This document shows positions 46,546 through 55,494 of a stretch of DNA of 64,000 nucleotides, piece by piece. Each line of letters starts with the position of its first letter. The stretch's first letter is position 1. The notes beneath the pieces are model-generated. The model was not told the DNA's origin, made no database searches, and saw only the letters and a program-made list of their open reading frames with translations. The translations under genes were made by a program, and so were the position numbers. The stretch comes from Bacteroidales bacterium (GTDB lineage: Bacteria; Bacteroidota; Bacteroidia; Bacteroidales; UBA932), in the NCBI GenBank assembly GCA_017415715.1, contig JAFQFD010000038.1, positions 102,491 through 166,490 of the forward strand, in the 5' to 3' direction.

Positions 46546-47160
46546 ATGCAGACTTTTTATCATGGTTCTCCCTTTTTGTTCGAATCGTTCAGTCTTGATT
46601 CCTTGTCTGAGGGCAGCGGTATAAAATTCGGCGCGGGAATATATCTTACTGAAAGCTATGATACCGCTGTAAGATATTCGGCACCCAGAAAGATGGAGAC
46701 TGTTCATCATTATGTCTACACATTGGAAGTTCCGGATAAGACAGAGCTGAACTGCCTGCCTTATCCGTCACCTGTCCAGGCAGGGATAGTAGCCAAGGTG
46801 GAGCAGATGCTGCAGGAGTCGGTGCCTGATGCCGCTAAACTTCAAGGTAAGCTCTTTAGAAAGTACCTGGCCAAAAGACTGACTGGTACTCCGAAGGAAA
46901 GACTTGCCACGGAGAAGCAGATTGATACAAAAACTACTTTGGAAGGAGAACTCAAGGCTTCAGGACTCCTGCTGGAGTCGGGGGTGCTGTTCATAGAGTG
47001 GCCACAGGGCAGCTGGTCCAGCTATCCCGATGGCCTGAAGAATATCGCAGTGCTGGATCCGGCACTCATCAAGATAGTCAAAATAGAAGAAGTGGAAAGA
47101 GTCAAGAAAGGTTCTGCTTATATTGCCGCTTCCCGCCGCAAGGTCATCCCCGGTGTGTAA
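46546..47160 (+). CDS. Putative PARP/diphtheria-toxin-like ADP-ribosyltransferase
   Basis: FYHGS (H6), FGAGIY33-X10-Y44 (compare PARP1 FGKGIYFADMVSKSANY), C-terminal strand NIAVLD at the catalytic-Glu position. 1 nt after the NADAR stop. Confidence 0.7.
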   Translation: MQTFYHGSPFLFESFSLDSLSEGSGIKFGAGIYLTESYDTAVRYSAPRKMETVHHYVYTLEVPDKTELNCLPYPSPVQAGIVAKVEQMLQESVPDAAKLQGKLFRKYLAKRLTGTPKERLATEKQIDTKTTLEGELKASGLLLESGVLFIEWPQGSWSSYPDGLKNIAVLDPALIKIVKIEEVERVKKGSAYIAASRRKVIPGV

Positions 47161-47176
47161 ACTGATGGATTTTTGT

Positions 47177-47184
47177 TAAATTTG
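47177..47184 (+). promoter_or_regulatory. -7 element (TAAATTTG) for the GH30 locus susC
   Basis: TAnnTTTG match 39 nt upstream of the ATG at 47224. Confidence 0.5.
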
Positions 47185-47223
47185 TCTCCACTAACCAAAT
47201 TACTAATAACTAAATTCTACCGT

Positions 47224-50208
47224 ATGAGAAAATATCTGACTATGGTGGTGCTGTTTCTGCTAGGCATGACTGCCTATGCGCAGCAGCATTCTGTAAAGGG
47301 TACGGTGGTGGACCAGAACGGACAGCCTGTCATAGGCATGACCGTCATGGAACAAGGTACTCAGAATGGTACGACCACCGATATCGATGGTAACTGGCAG
47401 CTGACTGTCACTTCAGGACAGGCGACGCTGGAGTTTGCCGCACTTGGTTATGCTACGGTTGTCGAGAAGGTAAACAACCGTGCAGTGATCAACGTCGAAT
47501 CAGCAGAGGAGGCGATAGCCCTCGACGCAGTGGTGGCGATCGGTTATGGTACGGTCCGCAAGAGGGACCTCACCACAGCGGTTTCTACCGTTTCTACCGA
47601 TGACGTGAAGCTTCGTCCTGTGACTGAGGCTTCAGGCTTCATCCAGGGTAAGGTTGCAGGTGTGACCGTTCAGCAGACCAGCGGTCTTCCGGGATCCGGA
47701 ATGACAGTGCGTGTGCGCGGAGCATCATCTATCGCTTCGTCAAACGACCCTCTGTATGTTGTGGACGGTGTTCCTGTAGGTACAGGTAACTATGCGATCG
47801 CATATCTTTCTCCACAGGATATCGAGACCATGCAGATCCTCAAGGATGCATCTTCAGCTGCAATCTACGGATCACGCGCTGCCAACGGTGTCGTTCTCAT
47901 CACCACCAAGCAGGGAAAGAAGAGCAAGGGTCCTCAGATCAATTTCAATGCATCTGTAGGTCTTGCAAACGTTGCTAAGACATACGAGGTGCTCAATGTC
48001 GCTGAGTATATGGACCTCATGAACGAGATCAACATGGTCAAGTTCCCTGAGGGTGTGGAACTCAAGGACGAGACAGACTGGTTCGAGGAGACATACCGTA
48101 CAGGTATCAATCAGAACTATCAGATTTCCGTTGCGAACGGAAGCGAGAATATGAGATACTATCTCGGAGCCGGATACTCGGACGAGCAGGGTGTCCTTCC
48201 TGTTGCCTTCAACAGAAGATTCAATGTCAAGGCGAGTTTCGATGCAGATCTCTTCAAGTGGATCTCAGCAGGAGTCAACATGGCGTATTCGAGCTATCGC
48301 AACAACGGCATCATCTCAGGTACAGGTTCCAACCGTGCCGGTGTCGTTCTCTCTGTAGTCAATACTCCTACATATGCAAAGGTATGGAGCGATGAAAATC
48401 CTGCCCATTATTGGAATTCGTTCTACGGAGCCAATCTTTCCACTCCTCTGGAGAACCTGGCCAGAACAGAGAACAACTACAGCCAGACTGACCGTCTCCT
48501 CCTGACAGGAAACATTACCCTCAAGTTCCATGAGAAAGTGAACCTGAAGTCGACTGTGACAATGGACCGCAGATGGGTGCATAATTACTCGTTCCTTGAT
48601 CCGGTCAGCACTTCATATGGAAGGACCCAGAAGGGTGAGGCTTCTTCAGAGAGAAGCGACGACATGAGAATGGTTTATGACAACATCCTTACTTATAACG
48701 ATGTATGGAACGGAAAGCATAACTTCGAGGCTATGGCCGGAACTTCAGCAACTACATCACGCTGGGAGAACCTGACCGGCTCCAGAAGCCACTTCTCACC
48801 TGAGAACTACGAGGCGATCTTCGGCCTGAGCGGAGGTAATAAAGGTGGATTGAGAGGACAGGGCCAGGGATATTCTGAGTGGGCCATCATGTCGTATCTC
48901 GCACGTGTTTCATATAACTACGACAGCAAGTATTACATCACGGCTAACTTCCGTGCCGACGGCTCGTCAAAGCTCGCTCCGGGTCATAGATGGGGCCTTT
49001 TCCCTTCAGTATCAGCGGCTTGGCGTCTTTCGGGCGAAGACTGGCTCAAGGATGTAAGCTGGATCAGTGACCTCAAGGTGCGCGTCGGCTGGGGACAGCA
49101 GGGTAACCAGTCAGGTCTTGCAGACTATGCATGGGTGCAGAACTATGGCATCAACTATTTCGACTGGACCGAGAACGCCCATGTGGACGCTGTGCCTACA
49201 GTGGGAAGCCGTACTAACATGGGTAACAAGGGCCTCTCTTGGGAGACTACCACACAGACAAACGTCGGTGTAGACTGGTCTATGTTTGGAGGAAGACTCG
49301 GCGTGACTCTGGACGGATATTATAAATATACTTCCGGTCTCCTTATGAACGTGCCTCTTCCAAGTCCTTATCCAAATATCTACCGCAATGAGGGTGAGAT
49401 GTCCAACTGGGGTCTCGAGCTTGCAGTAAACTCAGTGAATATCGAGAAGAACGGATGGTCATGGACTACAGACTTCAATATCTCGATGAACAGGAACAAG
49501 CTTGAGAAGCTTGCGCTCCAGCAGGTATATTATTATACAGAGACTTCTGAGGCTCATTCTGAAAGCATCATAAGAATGACTCCTGGTCAGCCTCTCTCAA
49601 TGTTCTGGGGTCTCAAGGCTCTCGGAGTAGATCCTGAAACAGGTATGGTGATATATGAGGATAGAAATCAGGATGGCCTGATCAATGTCTCTGACAAGCA
49701 GTATATAGGCTGCGGCAACCCTTTGTTCACAGCCGGCATGACAAACAACATCAGCTGGAAGGGCCTGAGCCTCAGCGTCCTTATGACAGCGTCGGTCGGA
49801 AACGACATCTATAATGCATCGCGCATCGAGATGATCGGCATGTATACCGGTGCCAATCAGCTCAAGAGCGTCCTCAGACGCTGGCGTACTCCAGGTCAGA
49901 TCACTGACATCCCTAAGGGTGGCGAACTTGACAACCTCAAGGCATCTACAAGATGGGTGGAGGACGGTTCATATCTCAAGATAAAGAACATCACCCTTTC
50001 TTATAACATCACGCATCCGGCTCTCAAGAAGGCAAATATCTCACGTATCCAGCCGTATATCACTCTGGACAACATGATAACCTTCACGAAGTATTCAGGC
50101 TATGACCCTGAAATGAGCCAGTATACAAGCGCTACCAGCATGGGCGTCGACTGGGGAACATATCCTTGCGTCAAGACCGTTCTGTTCGGAGTAAATGTTG
50201 AATTCTAA
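47224..50208 (+). CDS. SusC-like TonB-dependent transporter
   Basis: Signal peptide from MRKYL, VVAIGYG, LKDASSAAIYGSRAANGVVLITTK, RADGSSK, C-terminal F. Confidence 0.96.
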   Translation: MRKYLTMVVLFLLGMTAYAQQHSVKGTVVDQNGQPVIGMTVMEQGTQNGTTTDIDGNWQLTVTSGQATLEFAALGYATVVEKVNNRAVINVESAEEAIALDAVVAIGYGTVRKRDLTTAVSTVSTDDVKLRPVTEASGFIQGKVAGVTVQQTSGLPGSGMTVRVRGASSIASSNDPLYVVDGVPVGTGNYAIAYLSPQDIETMQILKDASSAAIYGSRAANGVVLITTKQGKKSKGPQINFNASVGLANVAKTYEVLNVAEYMDLMNEINMVKFPEGVELKDETDWFEETYRTGINQNYQISVANGSENMRYYLGAGYSDEQGVLPVAFNRRFNVKASFDADLFKWISAGVNMAYSSYRNNGIISGTGSNRAGVVLSVVNTPTYAKVWSDENPAHYWNSFYGANLSTPLENLARTENNYSQTDRLLLTGNITLKFHEKVNLKSTVTMDRRWVHNYSFLDPVSTSYGRTQKGEASSERSDDMRMVYDNILTYNDVWNGKHNFEAMAGTSATTSRWENLTGSRSHFSPENYEAIFGLSGGNKGGLRGQGQGYSEWAIMSYLARVSYNYDSKYYITANFRADGSSKLAPGHRWGLFPSVSAAWRLSGEDWLKDVSWISDLKVRVGWGQQGNQSGLADYAWVQNYGINYFDWTENAHVDAVPTVGSRTNMGNKGLSWETTTQTNVGVDWSMFGGRLGVTLDGYYKYTSGLLMNVPLPSPYPNIYRNEGEMSNWGLELAVNSVNIEKNGWSWTTDFNISMNRNKLEKLALQQVYYYTETSEAHSESIIRMTPGQPLSMFWGLKALGVDPETGMVIYEDRNQDGLINVSDKQYIGCGNPLFTAGMTNNISWKGLSLSVLMTASVGNDIYNASRIEMIGMYTGANQLKSVLRRWRTPGQITDIPKGGELDNLKASTRWVEDGSYLKIKNITLSYNITHPALKKANISRIQPYITLDNMITFTKYSGYDPEMSQYTSATSMGVDWGTYPCVKTVLFGVNVEF

Positions 50209-50210
50209 AG

Positions 50211-51764
50211 ATGAGAAGCAGTATGAAAAAGATATATATGTTTATGGCGGCAGCCGCAATTGTTTCTCTGACATCTTGCGACCTGGATCTGTATCCCCAG
50301 ACCGGATACAATGAAGGAAATGTGGACGTGGATGAGGAAACGGAATCTCAGTATACCACCAAGGAAGATATGGCAGGACTTGTTGACGCAATGTACAACA
50401 GCTGGCTTAAGAGCAATGTCATGCAGGAAGGAATCTTCCTTGACGGAATGGTGTTCGCAGAATGCCGTGCTGATAATGCGTATGGCGGAAACCCTGCTAC
50501 AGGTGAACTCATGGCCATTGAGGCTAACAAGCAAGACGGTGACAACCTGAATGTGAAGCGTGACTGGGAATACTATCAGCAGGCTGTCGGCTATGCCAAC
50601 CAGATAGTATGTAACATAGACAGGATCAAGGAGACTGACCCAAGCATGACCGAAATGCAGTACAAGCATTGGAAGTCGCAGGGACTCTGTATGAAGGCCT
50701 ACGCTCTCTTCCAGATGTCTTATATATGGGGTGATATCCCTGTGCAGAACAGCATTCCGCCTGCAATCACGGCGGAGAATGTCGAGGAAGTATACTTTGA
50801 GTATTATCCTCCTCGCACACCTAAGGATGATGTGTTCAAGCAACTGATTGATGACCTTACTTGGGCGGCAGAGAACGGACCTGAGGTCGATCCTTCAAAC
50901 AAGTACCTTCTTTCCAAGGCATTCGCTCACGGAATGCTGGCGCGAGTATATGCCGAGAAATCTGCGCACCGTGACTGGAACAAGGTCATCGAGCATTGTG
51001 AGGCTGTTGAGGCAATGGGTTTCACTCTTTGTGACGACTATGGCCAGATGTGGGCATATGATGATAATGATGCCGTAAGAAATACTTCAGAGTCAATCTT
51101 CGAGGTTACATGGACCCGTGATCAGGGTAACTGGATATGGATGATGTATCATAGGAACTACTATAGTCCTAATGATCAGTATGATTGGATAAAGTGGATT
51201 ACTCCGTCACGTGACCTTATTGCGGCATATGCTGCCGAGGGAGACACTGAGAGAGCCAATGCATGCATCACATATGACCAGACAGGAATCTCACCGACAA
51301 GCGCATGGTCAAACTACTATCCTGCAGAGAGATATGCGTTCATGCACAAGTGCCCTACAAATGCAAGCAGCACTATCCTCATGCGTCTTGGTGAGATATA
51401 TCTGCTTCACGCAGAGGCTCTCTGCATGACAGGTGACCTTGCAGGCTCGACTGAGTATGTGAACAAGATCCGCCGTCGTGCAGGAATCAAGGAGATCTCT
51501 GTTCCTGCAGGTCAGGATGCCATGCTGGATGCAGTTCTTCACGAGCGCCGTCTCGAACTCGCCTTCGAGGGCTTCCGTTTCTGGGATCTCGTCCGCCACG
51601 GCAAGGCTAAGGAAGTGCACGACGCCATGTCCGATCCGTCTTCTCCAAGATATGACAAATACTGGCAGAAGAGAAGACCTTTGACAGATGATACCATCCT
51701 CATGCCTATTCCTCAGAAAGCTCTTGAGAATAACCCGAGTCTTGTTCAGAACCCAGGATATTAA
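50211..51764 (+). CDS. SusD/RagB family lipoprotein
   Basis: Lipobox LTSC, RLGEIYLLHAEA, ERRLELAFEGFRFWDLVR, QNPGY. Start may be 50223. Confidence 0.95.
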   Translation: MRSSMKKIYMFMAAAAIVSLTSCDLDLYPQTGYNEGNVDVDEETESQYTTKEDMAGLVDAMYNSWLKSNVMQEGIFLDGMVFAECRADNAYGGNPATGELMAIEANKQDGDNLNVKRDWEYYQQAVGYANQIVCNIDRIKETDPSMTEMQYKHWKSQGLCMKAYALFQMSYIWGDIPVQNSIPPAITAENVEEVYFEYYPPRTPKDDVFKQLIDDLTWAAENGPEVDPSNKYLLSKAFAHGMLARVYAEKSAHRDWNKVIEHCEAVEAMGFTLCDDYGQMWAYDDNDAVRNTSESIFEVTWTRDQGNWIWMMYHRNYYSPNDQYDWIKWITPSRDLIAAYAAEGDTERANACITYDQTGISPTSAWSNYYPAERYAFMHKCPTNASSTILMRLGEIYLLHAEALCMTGDLAGSTEYVNKIRRRAGIKEISVPAGQDAMLDAVLHERRLELAFEGFRFWDLVRHGKAKEVHDAMSDPSSPRYDKYWQKRRPLTDDTILMPIPQKALENNPSLVQNPGY

Positions 51765-51770
51765 TAGGAT

Positions 51771-53312
51771 ATGAAAAGAATATTTGCAATAGCGGTGGTA
51801 GCATGCCTTTGTGCATGCAACTGCACCCCAACTGAAAAGCCTGATGATGGCAAGGAACCGGAAACCGAGACTCCTGTCGTGAAGGAGAAAGATGTGACAG
51901 CATATGTCACAATGGCCAACCAGACTCTCCTTTTCAAGCAGTCGGGGTTTGATTTCAGCAAGCCTGGAAGCATGTCTCCCAATCAGGTGACATATGACAA
52001 GTCCAAGACTCTGCAGGAGATTGACGGATTCGGTCTTGCCGTGACCACAGCGTCATGCTACAATCTCCTCCAGATGCCTCAGGAGGACAGGACAGCATTC
52101 CTTACCGAGCTGTTCTCAAAGGAAAAGATAGGCTCGAGCCTCATCCGTGTGTCAATCGGCGCCTCAGACTTCTGCACTGCCGACAATTACACATGGTGCG
52201 ACACCGAGGGACTGGAAAATTTCGCAGTTCATTCAGAGGACAGAAACCTCCTTTTCCCGATCCTCAAGGAAATCTATGCGATCAATCCGGACGTGAAGAT
52301 CATCGGTTCTCCATGGTCATGCCCTCTGTGGATGAAAGGAGGATCAAGATATTATGAAGGATACGACGAGGCAGCTCTTGAGACACGCTTCAACAGCTGG
52401 ACAAGTGGCCGTCTGAGGCCTTCATGCTATGATGATTACGCAGAGTATTTCGTGAAGTGGATACAGACAATGGAGGCTGAAGGCTTCGATATCTATGCTG
52501 TGACCATGCAGAACGAGCCTCTCAATCATGGCAACTCGATGTCTCTGTACATGCCATGGAAGGATCAGCTGAAGTTCATCAAGCTTCTCGGTCCTGCTAT
52601 CGAGAAGGCCGGCCTTGACACCAAGATCATGCTGTTCGACCATAATTACAACTATGACGGCAAGTCTGACCAGAACAACTATCCTCTGAATATCTATGCA
52701 GATCCTGAAGCATCAAAGTGGGCTGCAGGTTCGGCATGGCACAACTACGGAGGAAGCGTGACCGAGCTGGACGAGATCTACAGGACTTATCCTGACAAGG
52801 GCATCTGGTTTACAGAGGCTTCCATCGGTACATGGAACTATGATGAGGGCGGCCGCGTCGGCGGCAAGTTCAATCCTTTCGTGCTCGATGAGTTCTCTGG
52901 CGTGTTCATGGGCACAATGAAGCGCGGTGGCAAGGGCGTTACCTATTGGAACCTCATGCTCGACCAGAACAAAGGTCCATACAGCCCTCACGACGGCTCA
53001 TGCAAGACCTGCTATGGCGGCGTGACCATCAATACCGCTGACTATAGAAGCATAACAAAGAATGCTCATTGGTACCATGTGGCCCATGCTTCTGCAGTAG
53101 TGAAGCCGGGGGCGAAGAGGATAGAGACCGGAGGAATGGAACTCTCTGACCTCTTTGAGTGTCAGATGTTCCTCAATCCTGACAATACTGTGGGAGTGCT
53201 CATCTGCAACAGACAGAATAAGGATCAGGATATAATCTTCGCCAATACGAAGTTCACCGTAAAATATAAAGTCCCTGCAAGGAGTCTCGTATCACTGATC
53301 TGGCAGGAGTAA
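51771..53312 (+). CDS. GH30 glycoside hydrolase lipoprotein, probable endo-beta-1,6-glucanase (GH30_3-like)
   Basis: QEIDGFG, IGASDF, GSPWSCP, acid/base QNEP, FDHNY, nucleophile FTEA, WNLMLD. Confidence 0.85.
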   Translation: MKRIFAIAVVACLCACNCTPTEKPDDGKEPETETPVVKEKDVTAYVTMANQTLLFKQSGFDFSKPGSMSPNQVTYDKSKTLQEIDGFGLAVTTASCYNLLQMPQEDRTAFLTELFSKEKIGSSLIRVSIGASDFCTADNYTWCDTEGLENFAVHSEDRNLLFPILKEIYAINPDVKIIGSPWSCPLWMKGGSRYYEGYDEAALETRFNSWTSGRLRPSCYDDYAEYFVKWIQTMEAEGFDIYAVTMQNEPLNHGNSMSLYMPWKDQLKFIKLLGPAIEKAGLDTKIMLFDHNYNYDGKSDQNNYPLNIYADPEASKWAAGSAWHNYGGSVTELDEIYRTYPDKGIWFTEASIGTWNYDEGGRVGGKFNPFVLDEFSGVFMGTMKRGGKGVTYWNLMLDQNKGPYSPHDGSCKTCYGGVTINTADYRSITKNAHWYHVAHASAVVKPGAKRIETGGMELSDLFECQMFLNPDNTVGVLICNRQNKDQDIIFANTKFTVKYKVPARSLVSLIWQE

Positions 53313-53324
53313 CAGCTAAAACAT

Positions 53325-54680
53325 ATGATTATGAACAGAATATACAAAACATTCATCGCTCTCTCAGCCCTCGTGGCAGTGTCATCCTGCTACAAGGAGC
53401 CGGAGTTTGAATTCGCCCAGAAAGGACCGGACATGACCGTCACCTGTGACGAGTCAGCCCTGATGGGTGGAAAGATAGACTTTACGGCAGATGTCTATGA
53501 CAAGGACTATCCGCTTTCAGTCATAAATGCGAAGCTGTATTGGGACATTGATCTTGATGCAGTGCAGGAAGTCGAGCTGAGGACCAAGACAGAAGGTACT
53601 TATGCAGGAACTATCAAGGTGCCTTATGAAAAAGGACTTATTGACGGAATCGCGACTGTCGTCTTCACAGCTGTGAACACACACCTCGGCATGACTTATG
53701 ACACAGTCTATGTTGCGGTAAACCGTCCTAAGTTCGACAATCTTACCATTGCCAGCGGTGACTGGCGCAGGACCATGACGCCTGTGGAAGGAAAGGATTT
53801 CGAATATGCTTATACAGGATCGATTCCGAAGGATTTCAAGCCGTTCATCACCACACCTGCAGTTGACGGCAAGGGAACTGAACTGACTTTCGGCTGGAAC
53901 GGAACAGAGATCGTTCTGAACGGTCCTCAGGGCATTCCTTTCGACATCATGGGAAGTGGTACAGTCACTTTCAACACAAAGACGTTCGAGGGTAGCCCAT
54001 TCGTTGACATCAAGGTAAATGGCCAGAAGGCTGCACCTGCACCTAACGGTGCATACAAGGCTGTGGTGAACATTGCAAAGGGAACAAAGCTCGATGTCCA
54101 GGGAGCCGGTGACTTCAGCCAGTGGTATGTCGATCCAGACCACTTCAGAGTAGAGTCGGACGGCGTATACTTCAATGCAGTTGACGGATACTACTCATTT
54201 GAGATGAATACCGAGCATAAGTTCGTGACAGTGCGCCGTGTCAAGGAAGACGGATCTGCTGCAACATATAAGGACGAGGGTGCCATCACATTCATGGGAT
54301 GGGGAGTTGCTCACCCTGTTATGACAAACCAGTTCGGCTGGGAGAACGGAGCAATGGTGACTCTTGCTGAAGTTGAGGACGGAGTGTACCAGTTCTCAGG
54401 TAAGGCTGTTGAAGAGACTGACGGTACAACTCTCGGAGGTGCATGGAGATATGACTACCTCTCGTTCAAGTTCTTCGGTCAGGCAGGCTGGGGTGCAGAA
54501 TATGGCACAGTGACCCTTACCGAAAGAGCAAAAGAGTGGATTGCAGTTCCTGGTAACATCGAGCTCGCTTCAGGCAAGAAACTTGACCTTGGTGCCGAGT
54601 ATGTGATGACAGTGACAGACTGTACACCTCTTGATGCAAACAGCAAGTTCAACTGTACAGTAGATTTCTATAAGAAGTAA
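53325..54680 (+). CDS. Surface glycan-binding lipoprotein (DUF5125/DUF5121-like)
   Basis: Lipobox VSSC, beta-rich domains, FKFFGQAGWG motif. Follows the GH30 gene as in Bacteroides beta-1,6-glucan loci. Confidence 0.7.
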   Translation: MIMNRIYKTFIALSALVAVSSCYKEPEFEFAQKGPDMTVTCDESALMGGKIDFTADVYDKDYPLSVINAKLYWDIDLDAVQEVELRTKTEGTYAGTIKVPYEKGLIDGIATVVFTAVNTHLGMTYDTVYVAVNRPKFDNLTIASGDWRRTMTPVEGKDFEYAYTGSIPKDFKPFITTPAVDGKGTELTFGWNGTEIVLNGPQGIPFDIMGSGTVTFNTKTFEGSPFVDIKVNGQKAAPAPNGAYKAVVNIAKGTKLDVQGAGDFSQWYVDPDHFRVESDGVYFNAVDGYYSFEMNTEHKFVTVRRVKEDGSAATYKDEGAITFMGWGVAHPVMTNQFGWENGAMVTLAEVEDGVYQFSGKAVEETDGTTLGGAWRYDYLSFKFFGQAGWGAEYGTVTLTERAKEWIAVPGNIELASGKKLDLGAEYVMTVTDCTPLDANSKFNCTVDFYKK

Positions 54681-54744
54681 TGTTTCGGAAGCATTACTTC
54701 TAAAAAACAAGCGCCCGACCTTTCAATAAGGCCGGGCGCTTTGT
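54673..54744 (+). terminator. Tandem hairpins ending the GH30 locus
   Basis: agaagtaatgttt-cgg-aagcattacttct (spans the stop codon), then aagcgcccgacc...ggccgggcgcttt. Confidence 0.7.
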
Positions 54745-54776
54745 CTAGATTAATGAAGGAGATAGTCCTCATAAAG

Positions 54777-54807
54777 TTTGAGGGTACGGATAAATTTCAT
54801 ACTTTTG
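54777..54807 (+). promoter_or_regulatory. Canonical Bacteroidetes sigma-A promoter TTTG-N19-TACTTTTG for the ECF sigma gene
   Basis: -33 TTTG at 54777-54780 and -7 TAnnTTTG at 54800-54807, with 19-nt spacing. Confidence 0.75.
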
Positions 54808-54828
54808 TATAGAACAATCGTGAAGCGG

Positions 54829-55395
54829 ATGGCGCCCATTGAAGATAAGATATTGGTCTTGAGACTGAAGGACGGGGATAAGACGGCTTTCAAAGCATTA
54901 TTTGAAAGGTACTATCCTCGGTTCTTGTCATTCGCTCACAGGCTGCTGAAAGATCAATCCGCGGCAGAGGATCTGATACAGAATGTGTTTCTGAAAATAT
55001 GGGTCGGCAGAGCCAATCTGAATGAAAGCAAGAATTTCAAGAACTATCTGCTTGTGGCTGTAAGAAATGAGATATATCAATATTTTCGCAAGCAGTTCCG
55101 AGTAGATGACACGGCCGAATATCCGGAAATCATCGATGCAAGTCAGAACCAGGACACAGAACTCTCAGCAAAAGAACTTGAGACGCGTATTGCCGGGGTC
55201 ATATCAAAAATGCCCCAGAGACGGCGCGAGGTCTTCAATTTGAGCAGATTGGAAAAATTGTCCAATCAAGAGATTGCAAGCAGACTGGGAATATCTGTCC
55301 GGACTGTAGAAAAACATATTGAGAACGCCTTGATGGATCTGCGGAAGCATGTCAATGTCTCAATTCTGATACTTACCATGATCTTGTGGTGTTAA
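54829..55395 (+). CDS. ECF RNA polymerase sigma-70 factor (Bacteroidetes PUL/FecI-like type)
   Basis: AEDLIQNVFLKIW region 2, LSNQEIASRLGISVRTVEKHI region 4. Start at MAPIE. Confidence 0.93.
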   Translation: MAPIEDKILVLRLKDGDKTAFKALFERYYPRFLSFAHRLLKDQSAAEDLIQNVFLKIWVGRANLNESKNFKNYLLVAVRNEIYQYFRKQFRVDDTAEYPEIIDASQNQDTELSAKELETRIAGVISKMPQRRREVFNLSRLEKLSNQEIASRLGISVRTVEKHIENALMDLRKHVNVSILILTMILWC

Positions 55396-55429
55396 ATCAC
55401 GCATTTTTAGCAAAAATGCGTGATTTTTT
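55394..55429 (+). terminator. Hairpin/terminator between the ECF sigma and anti-sigma genes
   Basis: aaatcacgcattttt-agc-aaaaatgcgtgattt, perfect 15-bp stem followed by T's. Confidence 0.7.
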
Positions 55430-55494
55430 CAATTTTCGCATACGCGTAACGCTTTGTTTCTGCATACTATAATATATAATAACCTGCAATCAAG

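Noticed and set aside
45939-47160. Canonical DarTG1 assignment
   Set aside because: The transferase lacks recognisable DarT (DUF4433) motifs, has PARP-like HGS / GxGIY-X10-Y motifs instead, and the gene order is reversed.
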